A program made the position numbers and the translations under genes. From the IMG/VR virus record IMGVR_UViG_3300022690_000671, positions 1-64,000 of that record: a DNA stretch of 64,000 nt; one strand, given 5' to 3'. Below the pieces are notes generated by a model. It ran no database searches. It was not told the origin of the DNA and worked only from the letters and a program-made list of their open reading frames with translations. This document shows, piece by piece, positions 39,026 through 48,549 of this stretch (position 1 is the stretch's first letter; each line of letters opens with the position of its first letter). This stretch comes from a virus.

Positions 39026-40654
39026 TTACGTTTTCCCAGTCATTAAATCAGCAGCAGAAGGTTCGGTCGAGATCATTCCTAGTTCCCTCCGAACATCCGT
39101 ATAATCCTGTTTAAGGATCTTAGTAATAGATGCTTCGCTTACATCGTGATCTTTGGCTATTTTCTTTTTACCACCTTTCTGACGAGGAACATAGTTATCC
39201 TGGATAGAGATCTGCTCCCAAACGTTAAGTCTTGCAATCTCTAAATGTTGGTATTTGGTCAAGATCAAAATCTCGGCCTCAAACGCTTCACTATCTTCCT
39301 CTTTAATGAGACTGGGACGTATGCCTTTCCGTTCAAGGGCTTTGAAACGATTCTTGTCGAATATAGGCCCGGTGCGTTTTTGCCACTGAGTAAGTGTGAG
39401 ACAAGACTGGAAACCGATGAAATGTTCATCGAGCAACACGATCTCTTTGGCTTGAAAGGATCTACCATCTTTAGGAACACGGAGAATGATTGCGACTTCG
39501 ATAGGTTCCCACGGGACTTCATCAAAGATGTCGAAGGCCACATATTTTTTTTCTTCTTCATAGGCAAAGACATATGCAGCTAATTGTAAATAGTATTCCG
39601 GCCAAATCCTTTTACTAGATTTCCAGTCTACCATTGCTAATCTACCATCGACATAGGCTAAGAAGTCGAAGGTTCCAGAATAATTGTATTTGCGGCTATA
39701 TACTTTGCGTTCTGTATGGATAGGAATAACGTCGTGATTTTTCCACCACTTGGTAAATGCAATAATGGCAGATTCGGCCTCGTCATTGTCAGGTAATTCG
39801 GGATAAAGTGACGGATTATCCTCAGTTCCACCCAACACTGAAATTTTAACCTTGATAAATTTTTCTATCCATTCATGAACGATATGACCTATATCTCCAG
39901 CCTTTTCCAGAGTAACGTTTCTTGCCTTTTCGGCAGTTTGTAGCATTGCTTCCCATTGAACTTTATCGTAGTACAATGTAGGATCTACGTGATCGCGAAG
40001 CCAATTGGTCGTCTCTTTCACGGCCCACGGAATAAGACCCGGTTTATTGACTATTCGAGTAATGGATGTAGTTGAGGTTACTAGCTCTCCCGTAGATTCC
40101 AATCGATACTGATGAGAATCGTCATCATATAGTAGTACAACTTCTCCACCATATAAGACGTGTCGTTCTGCTTGATCTTTATTAAACTCAGGAATATATT
40201 CCGTCCGAGCCCACACTCTCATTTTTTCTATACCATCTATTAACCATTCATAAGATCTACCATCAATTCGATCTCCAGAATATACATAGTAATGATCAAA
40301 CGGAAGTTCCGACTCGGCCAATAGCTTCAACAACTCCTCAGTCTGTTTGACCTTGTTGAGTATTGCTATCAGAATGCTTTTCTGAAATCCTCCGGGATTG
40401 CGTCTAGATTCATTGTCGGTCATTATTCGACCAACACGTTTAGCCTCATAGCCGTGAAGATTCATGAGTTGGTCGCGATCAGGATGAGAACTACGCAACC
40501 AGTACCAATATCCTTCTATACTACGAAAAGCACCGTCTGGACAAATGAACGGAGCGTCAGCAAAGTTCGACATCCATTGACCTATAGCAGTGTTACCTTT
40601 ACTGTATATGTTGATATGATCGACGCCATCGTTCTCAGGTAAGAAGGTGCTCAT
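39026..40654 (-). CDS. NADAR-like domain fused to PD-(D/E)XK exonuclease with C-terminal HTH
   Basis: N-term INIYSKG..SNFADAPF...FRSIEGYW...HGYEAKRVGR; nuclease TSTTSI, GHIVH, TERKVY, GTFD, DWKSS, YYLQLAAY. Confidence 0.75.
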   Translation of the reverse strand: MSTFLPENDGVDHINIYSKGNTAIGQWMSNFADAPFICPDGAFRSIEGYWYWLRSSHPDRDQLMNLHGYEAKRVGRIMTDNESRRNPGGFQKSILIAILNKVKQTEELLKLLAESELPFDHYYVYSGDRIDGRSYEWLIDGIEKMRVWARTEYIPEFNKDQAERHVLYGGEVVLLYDDDSHQYRLESTGELVTSTTSITRIVNKPGLIPWAVKETTNWLRDHVDPTLYYDKVQWEAMLQTAEKARNVTLEKAGDIGHIVHEWIEKFIKVKISVLGGTEDNPSLYPELPDNDEAESAIIAFTKWWKNHDVIPIHTERKVYSRKYNYSGTFDFLAYVDGRLAMVDWKSSKRIWPEYYLQLAAYVFAYEEEKKYVAFDIFDEVPWEPIEVAIILRVPKDGRSFQAKEIVLLDEHFIGFQSCLTLTQWQKRTGPIFDKNRFKALERKGIRPSLIKEEDSEAFEAEILILTKYQHLEIARLNVWEQISIQDNYVPRQKGGKKKIAKDHDVSEASITKILKQDYTDVRRELGMISTEPSAADLMTGKT

Positions 40655-41652
40655 ATCTGTAACCCCGCAAATTCTTTGAGAGAAATTGGAAACCCAGCAG
40701 AAGAGAAATGCCCCCCACCACCGAGAGATTTAGCTAATTTGCCTACGTCGTATAAAAGACCCTCCTTGCGACTACGAAGATTGAAAATTACGTTTTCGTC
40801 TCCTGTAATGAAATAGCTCATGGTAAAGGCCCACTCTGAATGAAGCGCCAAAGCGGCGTGGTGGGTTTCAGAAATGGTGTGAGAAAGATTCGCCAGTCCG
40901 TATGGGATACTATCCTTTATACGTTCTTGGGCAGTGAAAGTTGCGGCTTGTTGCTCTGCGATCATATCTCGATAGAGAATCATTGCTTTGCCTTGTTCAA
41001 ACAATCTAGGATAATATGGACCAACGTAACTTATTTGATTTGGTTTTTCTTCATATAGATTTTTCAAAGCTTTAAATCCGTACTTATGAATGTACGATTC
41101 CAAAGCTATTGTGTATTCGTCAGTATAAGGCAACTCCCAATTCCATAGATCTCTATCCTCTATGTGGAGTAGAATAGGAGGAATAGGTTCAATACTTATG
41201 TTAAGAGGAACATAACCATTCCAATAGTACCAGGCCAGTGTTGCCGCACTATGATCTGGAGCATATACCCATTTAAAATTGTTACCTTTGTCCGTTGCAG
41301 TAATAACGTAAACAGTTCCCCAATCATATTCTGATCTCGTCTTATTACCACGCTCTACAGTATTAAAAAATTCTTTAAATGCATCGAATCCATACTGGTG
41401 ATGATCGATAACTGTCACAGGAACGTGGAGATTGAAGAGTTGTTCTGGAGGGTAAACCCAGTCGAGGACCACTAATTCCTTTGTGTCATGAGGCAGTTGT
41501 GGTACAATCTTTCGTGATCCTCCCATGTGACCCGTCGAGAAAAATGCCAATTCCGTGTTCAAGTATTGTCTACACCACCACCAGGTGGCATATGCAGCGC
41601 CCACACCATCCAGGTCGTCGTCGTGTAGTATTACTACTTTGTGGTTTTTCAT
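40651..41652 (-). CDS. DHH/DHHA1 phosphoesterase
   Basis: HDDDLDG, VLD, IDHH, EDRDLW, NLRS, GGGGH.SSAGF. Confidence 0.9.
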   Translation of the reverse strand: MKNHKVVILHDDDLDGVGAAYATWWWCRQYLNTELAFFSTGHMGGSRKIVPQLPHDTKELVVLDWVYPPEQLFNLHVPVTVIDHHQYGFDAFKEFFNTVERGNKTRSEYDWGTVYVITATDKGNNFKWVYAPDHSAATLAWYYWNGYVPLNISIEPIPPILLHIEDRDLWNWELPYTDEYTIALESYIHKYGFKALKNLYEEKPNQISYVGPYYPRLFEQGKAMILYRDMIAEQQAATFTAQERIKDSIPYGLANLSHTISETHHAALALHSEWAFTMSYFITGDENVIFNLRSRKEGLLYDVGKLAKSLGGGGHFSSAGFPISLKEFAGLQI

Positions 41653-42269
41653 GATGACGTTAGCTGTTTAATTTCTTGAAATATTTCCTCAACCTTAATC
41701 CATAGACCCGACATAGTATGGTTATTGTCAATGACATAGTCCCATTTGTTAAAATCATCCAAGGCGATTTCCGAACGATGTTGATTGTCTCTTGCTGTAT
41801 CAACACCTTCACCTCTAAGTCGCTCCGAGGCATCCACCTTGATCAATACGCCGCCCATATCTATAATCATACGAGCTTCGTTAGGAAACCGAACATCAGA
41901 TATAACAACGTGCTGAATGGATGAAAGGTCGATAATTTTCCTCTTAACGTTTAATGCCCAGATGTTCGCATGGACACGGTTACGAAAAATATCAGTTCCG
42001 ATGAACTGAAGAAGCCAAGTTACTGTTACATCCCGACCAAAGACGGCAGACCAAAAAGGAAGAACATCCAACTTCCGGTCGTCAAACATGATCGCTGGAT
42101 CAAGACAAAATGCAGCAGCCGTAGTTTTTTTCAAAGCCTCGGCAAATGATAGGCTAACGAAATCTAGACCTTGTTCTCGGCCCAGTTCCACAATCATTTC
42201 GGCAACGGTATCTTTTCCGTGCCTGGCCTTATGGCCTATACCTATAATGAGTCTTTCTGGATTAGGCAT
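41649..42269 (-). CDS. deoxynucleoside monophosphate kinase
   Basis: GHKARHGKDT P-loop, FAEALK, LQFIGTD, ISDVRFPNE, H.SE. Confidence 0.9.
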   Translation of the reverse strand: MPNPERLIIGIGHKARHGKDTVAEMIVELGREQGLDFVSLSFAEALKKTTAAAFCLDPAIMFDDRKLDVLPFWSAVFGRDVTVTWLLQFIGTDIFRNRVHANIWALNVKRKIIDLSSIQHVVISDVRFPNEARMIIDMGGVLIKVDASERLRGEGVDTARDNQHRSEIALDDFNKWDYVIDNNHTMSGLWIKVEEIFQEIKQLTSS

Positions 42270-42867
42270 ATGATACCTCCTGCATTTTCTTTTTGAGTTG
42301 TTTGAATCGTTTCATAAAGGAAAACATCGCCATCTTGGAGTCCATCGGAAAGATAGTAACATCATCATACGGAGGATGATTCGTATATTTAGAAATATCG
42401 TACCAGGGATGAAGGTCTCGACGTTCCGTGGTGTAGATGCGATAGTCTACCTCCTTCATCTCATCATGGTGTATCGTCATAGTTTCATGTATACCAAATT
42501 TTTGTTCTATGACGCGTTGCATATTAGCTGCAATTTCTTTGTAACGAGGCAATAGAGCTTTCAATGGAGACGGCAAATCTTGCATATATGCTTCATGAGC
42601 ATCATGTAGCAAGAAACCCATTGCTTTCCAGGGATCTTTAAACTTTCGACTCCCTAGAACACTGTGTTGTGAGACGGAATAATGCCAACTCGTTTGACCC
42701 GTGAACCTGGCAACATTGCTAAGACCAGTGGCGATATCTTGAATACGGAACATGTCTTCTGTAGGGCTCAGATAATCGATCTTAATCCCTGAGTTGGACA
42801 TGATCGATGTTTTGGCAACAACTAGATCTACTCGCTCATCTTCGATATTCTCTAAATTGCGCTCCAT
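42262..42867 (-). CDS. HD-domain 5'-deoxynucleotidase (YfbR-like)
   Basis: DIATGLSNVARFTGQ, YSVSQHS, LLHDAHEAYMQDLPSPLK. Confidence 0.9.
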   Translation of the reverse strand: MERNLENIEDERVDLVVAKTSIMSNSGIKIDYLSPTEDMFRIQDIATGLSNVARFTGQTSWHYSVSQHSVLGSRKFKDPWKAMGFLLHDAHEAYMQDLPSPLKALLPRYKEIAANMQRVIEQKFGIHETMTIHHDEMKEVDYRIYTTERRDLHPWYDISKYTNHPPYDDVTIFPMDSKMAMFSFMKRFKQLKKKMQEVSYA

Positions 42868-42884
42868 GATATCATCAGGTATGG

Positions 42885-43346
42885 TTATGAAGGTTTGAGA
42901 TTGTCAAGATCTACTCCGGGAATCCCTTGTGATAAAGCAGCTTTGGTTATTCTATTTTGTTGTTCTCGGACAAATGTTTCAACTTCGTCGACGAATTCAA
43001 GTCGAGCATTGGCCCATGCTTCGTGCCAAATCACTTCATCTAGAATAGTAAATTGTTGAGAATATACCATGAATCGTGCAATAGCATTGTATAAATCAAT
43101 AAGGGTATCACGATGAACGTCAGAGACTTCTTCTACACGACCCAGATCAGTGTCGAGACTTATCTCAAATATATCAGCAGCAACAATGGAAATCTTAGCA
43201 ACACTTTGCATCAACTGTACCAGTTGGCGCTTATCTCCATAGATCTGCATGGCAATTTTGACAAGTTCAGGATAGGCCCCAACGCGATCATATTCGTCGT
43301 CTTGATTTTCTTCTTGTGGTGTCTGATTTCCCTGGTCTTCGGTCAT
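42885..43346 (-). CDS. hypothetical protein (possibly degenerate MazG-like helical fold)
   Basis: AMQIYG.K.QL pattern, but lacks the acidic EE motif. Confidence 0.55.
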   Translation of the reverse strand: MTEDQGNQTPQEENQDDEYDRVGAYPELVKIAMQIYGDKRQLVQLMQSVAKISIVAADIFEISLDTDLGRVEEVSDVHRDTLIDLYNAIARFMVYSQQFTILDEVIWHEAWANARLEFVDEVETFVREQQNRITKAALSQGIPGVDLDNLKPS

Positions 43347-43531
43347 GAGTTTGTAGTAGATTTAGGTTGACATTTACTCCTACGAACAAAGCTTCTAATC
43401 TTGACGGCTTCGTCTCTCATAGGTCGTATTTGATGAGTAGACCATCCTCCGTCGACAGATTCGTCGGCCCATACTTCTAATTGCTTTGCCACTTCTAATA
43501 GCTTTTCATGTGGAGTCATGATTTCTTCCAT
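43343..43531 (-). CDS. hypothetical protein
   Basis: 62 aa, coupled overlaps at both ends. Confidence 0.65.
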   Translation of the reverse strand: MEEIMTPHEKLLEVAKQLEVWADESVDGGWSTHQIRPMRDEAVKIRSFVRRSKCQPKSTTNS

Positions 43532-43944
43532 TATGTTTCGATAGCTATACGGTTAATTTCTGCTTGATAAGACGACATCTGTGCTCGTGCTTGTGCCGCG
43601 TACGGGTGGAGGAACGCTGTATGCGACGAGATTAATGACGAATAAGATAATGCCGCCCGGAAAAGTTGGTCGCTCTGGTTGCGTTGTTGTTCTCCAAGCT
43701 TGTCAACGTTAACATCGACTTTATCTCTCCAAAGCTCTTCTTCGCTCCAAGGTTGATCATATTTTACGTCTATACACCAATCCTTATCTTCATCATATTT
43801 TATATACCATCCTCTAACAATTAACTATATGAACACGATGCCAAAAACACCTCCGAAAACAACATGTATGAAAAGTAGCAACGATAAGAATATAACAGCC
43901 AATAGACTACCTATAACTTCATATGTTTTTTGGTTCAAAATCAT
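43531..43944 (-). CDS. membrane protein gene interrupted by an in-frame TAG (readthrough or nonsense allele)
   Basis: ATG 43944 overlaps polB stop (ATGA); TAG at 43825-43827; 97 further open codons; TAA overlaps next ATG (TAATG). Confidence 0.6.
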
Positions 43945-46900
43945 AACGTCCGATGTTTTTTTGGTGGAACCAGGGATACGTGAACTCGCATACCAGCCTT
44001 TTTGGCGGTTTCTATCATATCCCTGGTTCCTCTTGAAGTTCCGTTCCATACGGCAATAAGAGCAGCGCCATTCTTTCCAATAGAAGACATGGCCTTTTCC
44101 GCCATAAGTTGATTACGGTTATGCCCCGCCAAAGCATTGTATGGTACTCCTAAAACGTTGCGTTTCATAAGAACGTTATCTACTTCGAAATTGTTCCATT
44201 GCGCCGCTTCTTCATGGTGGTCGATTCCTTCTCTAACTGCATATTCCTTGGCCGCAGCGTCAACTCCCTTAGCCCCGCCCTGAATAATTTTGGCAATAAC
44301 ATTACCAGAGGGATCACTATCGGCCTTTTCTATTAACTTCAAAAAAGGAGCCCCCGCAATGGCGCGTTCTATCCAAAAAATATCATTTATGTCACGCCCC
44401 CCTGCTATGATAACTTGCATAGGTTTACGTTTCACATCGCGTTGGACAATCTCTATGCTATTATAATCGAAATCAGGATCCGTTTGTTCACTAAACAACA
44501 TACGCCATCCCTCTTCAGTAAAGAATATCCCGAACTTCTTCGCGGAGTCCATGAGTTTCTTTAAATACCAGTTCGTGTTTTCGTCTGGATTGTCAGGATC
44601 GTGTTCCTCGGCCCATTTGCTATGTTGAAAAGCACGTATCTTATACACCTTCATTTCCTTGGGCGCGGCGCAATAGTGAGCAAAGCGGTCGCCTACCACC
44701 ACCTTGTGTTTCCCCGATTCGTGTATTCTCTTGGCGACCTCATATCCAGCATCAGCGTTGCGTCCTCCGTTTCCAACGCCTAGTTTTACCTTCTTGTCGT
44801 AGAGACTCAGCGGATCCTTAACTGTGCTGCGTTTACAAAACTCGTCAATTGTCCAGTCGGACGTAAAGACTTTTGTCCAATACCTCGTGTAAATTTCATG
44901 TACCTTTACAGGATCTCTTTCCAAAATGGCTGTGATGATCTCTACTACGAACTCACGACGAAAAAGTTCGATCACGCGGCTCTTGAAGCTACCGCCTTTA
45001 ATCTTTAGCCGACCCTCAACAAGAGCGTAATTCTTCTTACGTAACGAAAGCATAGAAGTTGCTCTTCCATCGAAACCAACTACGATTCCTGATGGCATAC
45101 GTTTTGTCAGAGACTCAACCCAATCCCTGTCTCCCATAGGAAACGGTCCCTTGATATCATGTTTTAATTCAATAATGGCGACCGCCTTACCTTCTGGATG
45201 ATCCTGGTTGTATACCCATTTAGGAGGAATACAAAGTGTTCCGTCCGTATTCTTACAGAGAATTCCACCTACTCCACCAACAAATGTTCCGTCTTCTGTA
45301 GAAATATCATAAACATCTAATCCTGTCTTTCTTTCAATCAAAGCTCTAACTTCACTTGACTCATATTTTATCCGCCGCGTTCCAGTAAGAGTGCCCAAAC
45401 GTACAATTGTTTCTTTATCTTTTCTAACATGTACATTAATTCTATGAGATAACTCCAGATCTCTCATCAACCACCACATCCCAGCAGCAAGTATGTGAGA
45501 CTTTGTTGTATATTGTCCAGTACCGTCTTTATAAAAATGACCATCTCCCTTCATAGCTCCGTCAAAAAAACCATGTTTCATTTCTTTTGATCCGTTCAAG
45601 ACAACGGAAGGAACTTTCTTTTGATGAGTTGCTTCATCATAGAGAAGATTATTCCATATATTATATTGTATTATATTGTAACCGCCAGTTGCTTTATTAC
45701 ATCCTGTGGATTTCATTGTATCGTAAACCATCATCCTGGTTCTATAGTATTTAAACGCAAGATCACAAACAAGTTGAAGCAAATCCTTATCTTTTTCGGC
45801 GCACGATACATTCGTCGACCAACCATTTGGTTTTCTTGAAACCCTGGACGTAGAGCCTTCTGCTACCATAATACCCAGGAGCCAACCGTGTTCATAGTCT
45901 CCTTCTTCGTTGTTCGGTAAAATAGGCAAATCGATAATCTCAAGTTTATCCCCTATAATCAAATCACGGGGTTTAACCATTTCTCCATCTTCACGAAAAA
46001 GGCTATGATCTTCAGTTACAACAACAGTACCACACATTGTTCTGACTTCAAGCATACGTTTATCTGTATTGTGACGCTTAGTATATTTGATAGGTTTCCA
46101 TCCCGATCTAGTTAAGACTTCTATTCCATCATATCCATCAAAACGACGTAATTCGTCCGAATCATGAAGAGTAGCTATAGACACAACATCAATATCATCG
46201 CCGCGACGTATGTAAACAGGTGTATAAGCAGCAACAGAGTCACAAGCTATAGGTTGTCCTCCATCTTTAATGATTTCACGAAGCATCTTTTTAAGAAGAC
46301 CCTGACCTATGGTACATACACGATCTGCTTGAATAAAATCATTAAAAATAAAGAAGTTAAAACCAAGTGCGCCATACATCGAGTTGCCTTGTATTTTATA
46401 AGCCGCTTGTTTATGATCTAACGACTCGTGTTCTTTCTTTCTACCTGTCAGAGGTTTACCATTTAAATCTTCTAAGGCTTTCATCTCGGCCTTAGTCGCC
46501 AAACGTAAATCTGTCAACTCTCTTAAAATCCTTGGGAACGTATTTAACGTGTCGGTTGACGGTTTTACATCATAGTTGAGCATAATACTTGGATACAGAG
46601 ACTCGACATCTGCATAAACTATGTTCTCGTAGACTCCTATTTTGAATATATCAGTATAACCACCAACTTCCATTCGACCCGCCTTGAATGTTGGTATGCT
46701 ATGTCGTTTTTCCAGATATTCCCTTACCATGATGTGTTCTACCTTAGTTGCAGAACCTCCTCTGGCTATACGCTCATAGGTCATTGGAACCATCTGGCTC
46801 AACGCAAAATGACTTCCGCCGAGATGTTTACCAATGGATCTGGTTTCATATACATCGTCTAGAGCATAACGCAGTACACGTTCAGGGTCTTCGTCCCAGG

Positions 46901-47879
46901 TCTTTGCTATTTGATCTCCCTGGATGTATTCACGATTTTCTGAGGCAAAACCAAAGTATTTAGCTGCACCTTTCAGGGTGTGATCTTGCATCGATCTTTT
47001 AACTACGTCAAACGCCAATACCAAGAAATATGTATCTATGATGTGTCTCCCAGCTATAGTCCAGGCCGGGTATTCTATCTGGCGTTCAGCGAAACGTATT
47101 TGTGTATCATAGAATGTGGGAACGGATCCGTCTCGTCCTATGTTAACCTCGATACCATAACGTTCGCACCTGGTCATCAGGTAAGGCATATCGAAACTCA
47201 GGAAGTTGTGGCCCTCGATAATGTCGGGGTCCAAAGCTTGAATGGTTTCGACCCATTCTTCCAACATTTCTTTTTCGGTATCAAACCTAATTGAATCTTT
47301 AGTGTGAACACCTTTTGGAGCAATATGAAAAACAACATCAAATCCTTTATTATCACACATAGATATGATAAAAATCTTATCGGTTTCTCTGGAAGCGTTA
47401 GGAAAACCTACCCTGCTATATGCCTCAATGTCGCACTGAAGACGATGGACATCATCAAACCCCCTGCCCTTAAACATGGTATTACCAGTCTGCATAAGCC
47501 ACTGAGACTCAGCAGATGCGATCATGTAGATCTCTTTACGTTTCCATTCCCTCGTTTTAAGATTCTTAAGCACTTGTTTTTTAGCTCCCCACATCTCAAA
47601 CCAGTTGTTAAACACAACAAGCACCTGGTAATAGTTGTCGCCCTCAAGATTTACCCAACGATACTGTTCGCGAGGAAAGTTATTGAGAAGATTAATATCT
47701 TTGAGCCAGAAAAACGGATAAAAGTTTTCCAAAGTGAATTCTGTACGACCAATATGATTATTCCACACCTGCATCTTGTTACCATCAGGATGCATCGCCA
47801 AACCGACAATACCCTGTCTGTCAGACTTACCGTAGAGTAGTGCAGATTGTATAGGGTCGTCTTTTAATTCCACTCTCAA
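43941..47879 (-). CDS. polB: family B DNA polymerase with intein and C-terminal SLOG domain
   Basis: Exo DIE, GHNFLSFD, YALDD; pol DVESLYPSIM, K...NSMYG, D-[intein]-TDG, KKNYA; C-term IIAGGRD...GGAKGVD...RNQLM...WNGTSRGTRDMI. Confidence 0.95.
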   Translation of the reverse strand: MRVELKDDPIQSALLYGKSDRQGIVGLAMHPDGNKMQVWNNHIGRTEFTLENFYPFFWLKDINLLNNFPREQYRWVNLEGDNYYQVLVVFNNWFEMWGAKKQVLKNLKTREWKRKEIYMIASAESQWLMQTGNTMFKGRGFDDVHRLQCDIEAYSRVGFPNASRETDKIFIISMCDNKGFDVVFHIAPKGVHTKDSIRFDTEKEMLEEWVETIQALDPDIIEGHNFLSFDMPYLMTRCERYGIEVNIGRDGSVPTFYDTQIRFAERQIEYPAWTIAGRHIIDTYFLVLAFDVVKRSMQDHTLKGAAKYFGFASENREYIQGDQIAKTWDEDPERVLRYALDDVYETRSIGKHLGGSHFALSQMVPMTYERIARGGSATKVEHIMVREYLEKRHSIPTFKAGRMEVGGYTDIFKIGVYENIVYADVESLYPSIMLNYDVKPSTDTLNTFPRILRELTDLRLATKAEMKALEDLNGKPLTGRKKEHESLDHKQAAYKIQGNSMYGALGFNFFIFNDFIQADRVCTIGQGLLKKMLREIIKDGGQPIACDSVAAYTPVYIRRGDDIDVVSIATLHDSDELRRFDGYDGIEVLTRSGWKPIKYTKRHNTDKRMLEVRTMCGTVVVTEDHSLFREDGEMVKPRDLIIGDKLEIIDLPILPNNEEGDYEHGWLLGIMVAEGSTSRVSRKPNGWSTNVSCAEKDKDLLQLVCDLAFKYYRTRMMVYDTMKSTGCNKATGGYNIIQYNIWNNLLYDEATHQKKVPSVVLNGSKEMKHGFFDGAMKGDGHFYKDGTGQYTTKSHILAAGMWWLMRDLELSHRINVHVRKDKETIVRLGTLTGTRRIKYESSEVRALIERKTGLDVYDISTEDGTFVGGVGGILCKNTDGTLCIPPKWVYNQDHPEGKAVAIIELKHDIKGPFPMGDRDWVESLTKRMPSGIVVGFDGRATSMLSLRKKNYALVEGRLKIKGGSFKSRVIELFRREFVVEIITAILERDPVKVHEIYTRYWTKVFTSDWTIDEFCKRSTVKDPLSLYDKKVKLGVGNGGRNADAGYEVAKRIHESGKHKVVVGDRFAHYCAAPKEMKVYKIRAFQHSKWAEEHDPDNPDENTNWYLKKLMDSAKKFGIFFTEEGWRMLFSEQTDPDFDYNSIEIVQRDVKRKPMQVIIAGGRDINDIFWIERAIAGAPFLKLIEKADSDPSGNVIAKIIQGGAKGVDAAAKEYAVREGIDHHEEAAQWNNFEVDNVLMKRNVLGVPYNALAGHNRNQLMAEKAMSSIGKNGAALIAVWNGTSRGTRDMIETAKKAGMRVHVSLVPPKKHRTL
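45249..46238 (-). mobile_element. intein with LAGLIDADG homing endonuclease in the PolB DTD motif
   Basis: 330 aa from SVAAYTPV to GGILCKN|T; block B VTEDHS, LLGIMVAEGS, FFDGAMKGDG, block F VYDISTEDGTF. Confidence 0.95.
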
Positions 47880-47920
47880 CCTCCCTGCTGTTGATTGGCT
47901 TGTATTAACTTATATACAAC

Positions 47921-48214
47921 TTAGAGCGGGAATTTGTTTCGTGTTCGTTCATTCTTCAAATAAGGAAAACGAAGTTCCATGATATGTGTTAACTCTAATA
48001 TCCAATTATAGACGTTCATATAACACCCAAATTTCGTAGTTCTATGTATGGCAGCGCCAAGTTCAGTTGCTCGACACTCTAACCATAGGTCATATGGCAT
48101 AATACCGCGTGGTGGTCTCTTCTGTTCTGACATAATTAATCTGTTCTCATTTGTGCCATATGTAAAGACTCCATTGAAGGAAGTCCTCGCATGGCGTCCT
48201 CGGGATCCAACCAT
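47921..48214 (-). CDS. hypothetical protein (likely start MSEQKRPPRG)
   Basis: PP.GIMP..LW...R..EL..AI.R small phage protein pattern. Confidence 0.6.
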   Translation of the reverse strand: MVGSRGRHARTSFNGVFTYGTNENRLIMSEQKRPPRGIMPYDLWLECRATELGAAIHRTTKFGCYMNVYNWILELTHIMELRFPYLKNERTRNKFPL

Positions 48215-48447
48215 AGTTCGATCTTTTTATTCAAAATGGATTCCTCTATCCACTCCTTAGTCAGCAAAACTCTTCCTTTTTTCATACCTTTTATTCTGAA
48301 TTGAGAGGCCACAATTTGACCTTCAACCACCTGGTCAGCGCTTTCATCTTCGAAACCAATAACCAGGATTTTTCCATTCGGGTTGACAATACGTAAAAAG
48401 AATTTAAAATCCGTTATATTCATCATTTCCTTGTAATAGTATTTCAT
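48136..48447 (-). CDS. hypothetical protein
   Basis: 103-aa ORF in operon. Confidence 0.55.
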   Translation of the reverse strand: MKYYYKEMMNITDFKFFLRIVNPNGKILVIGFEDESADQVVEGQIVASQFRIKGMKKGRVLLTKEWIEESILNKKIELWLDPEDAMRGLPSMESLHMAQMRTD

Positions 48448-48549
48448 CGAATCGCTCGTCTATAGAGGCAGTAACTAATCGACACTTATCTCCGTCCCCG
48501 AGATAACATAATGATAATCTAACGGTTTGTGTTGACAAAAGCAATTGCG

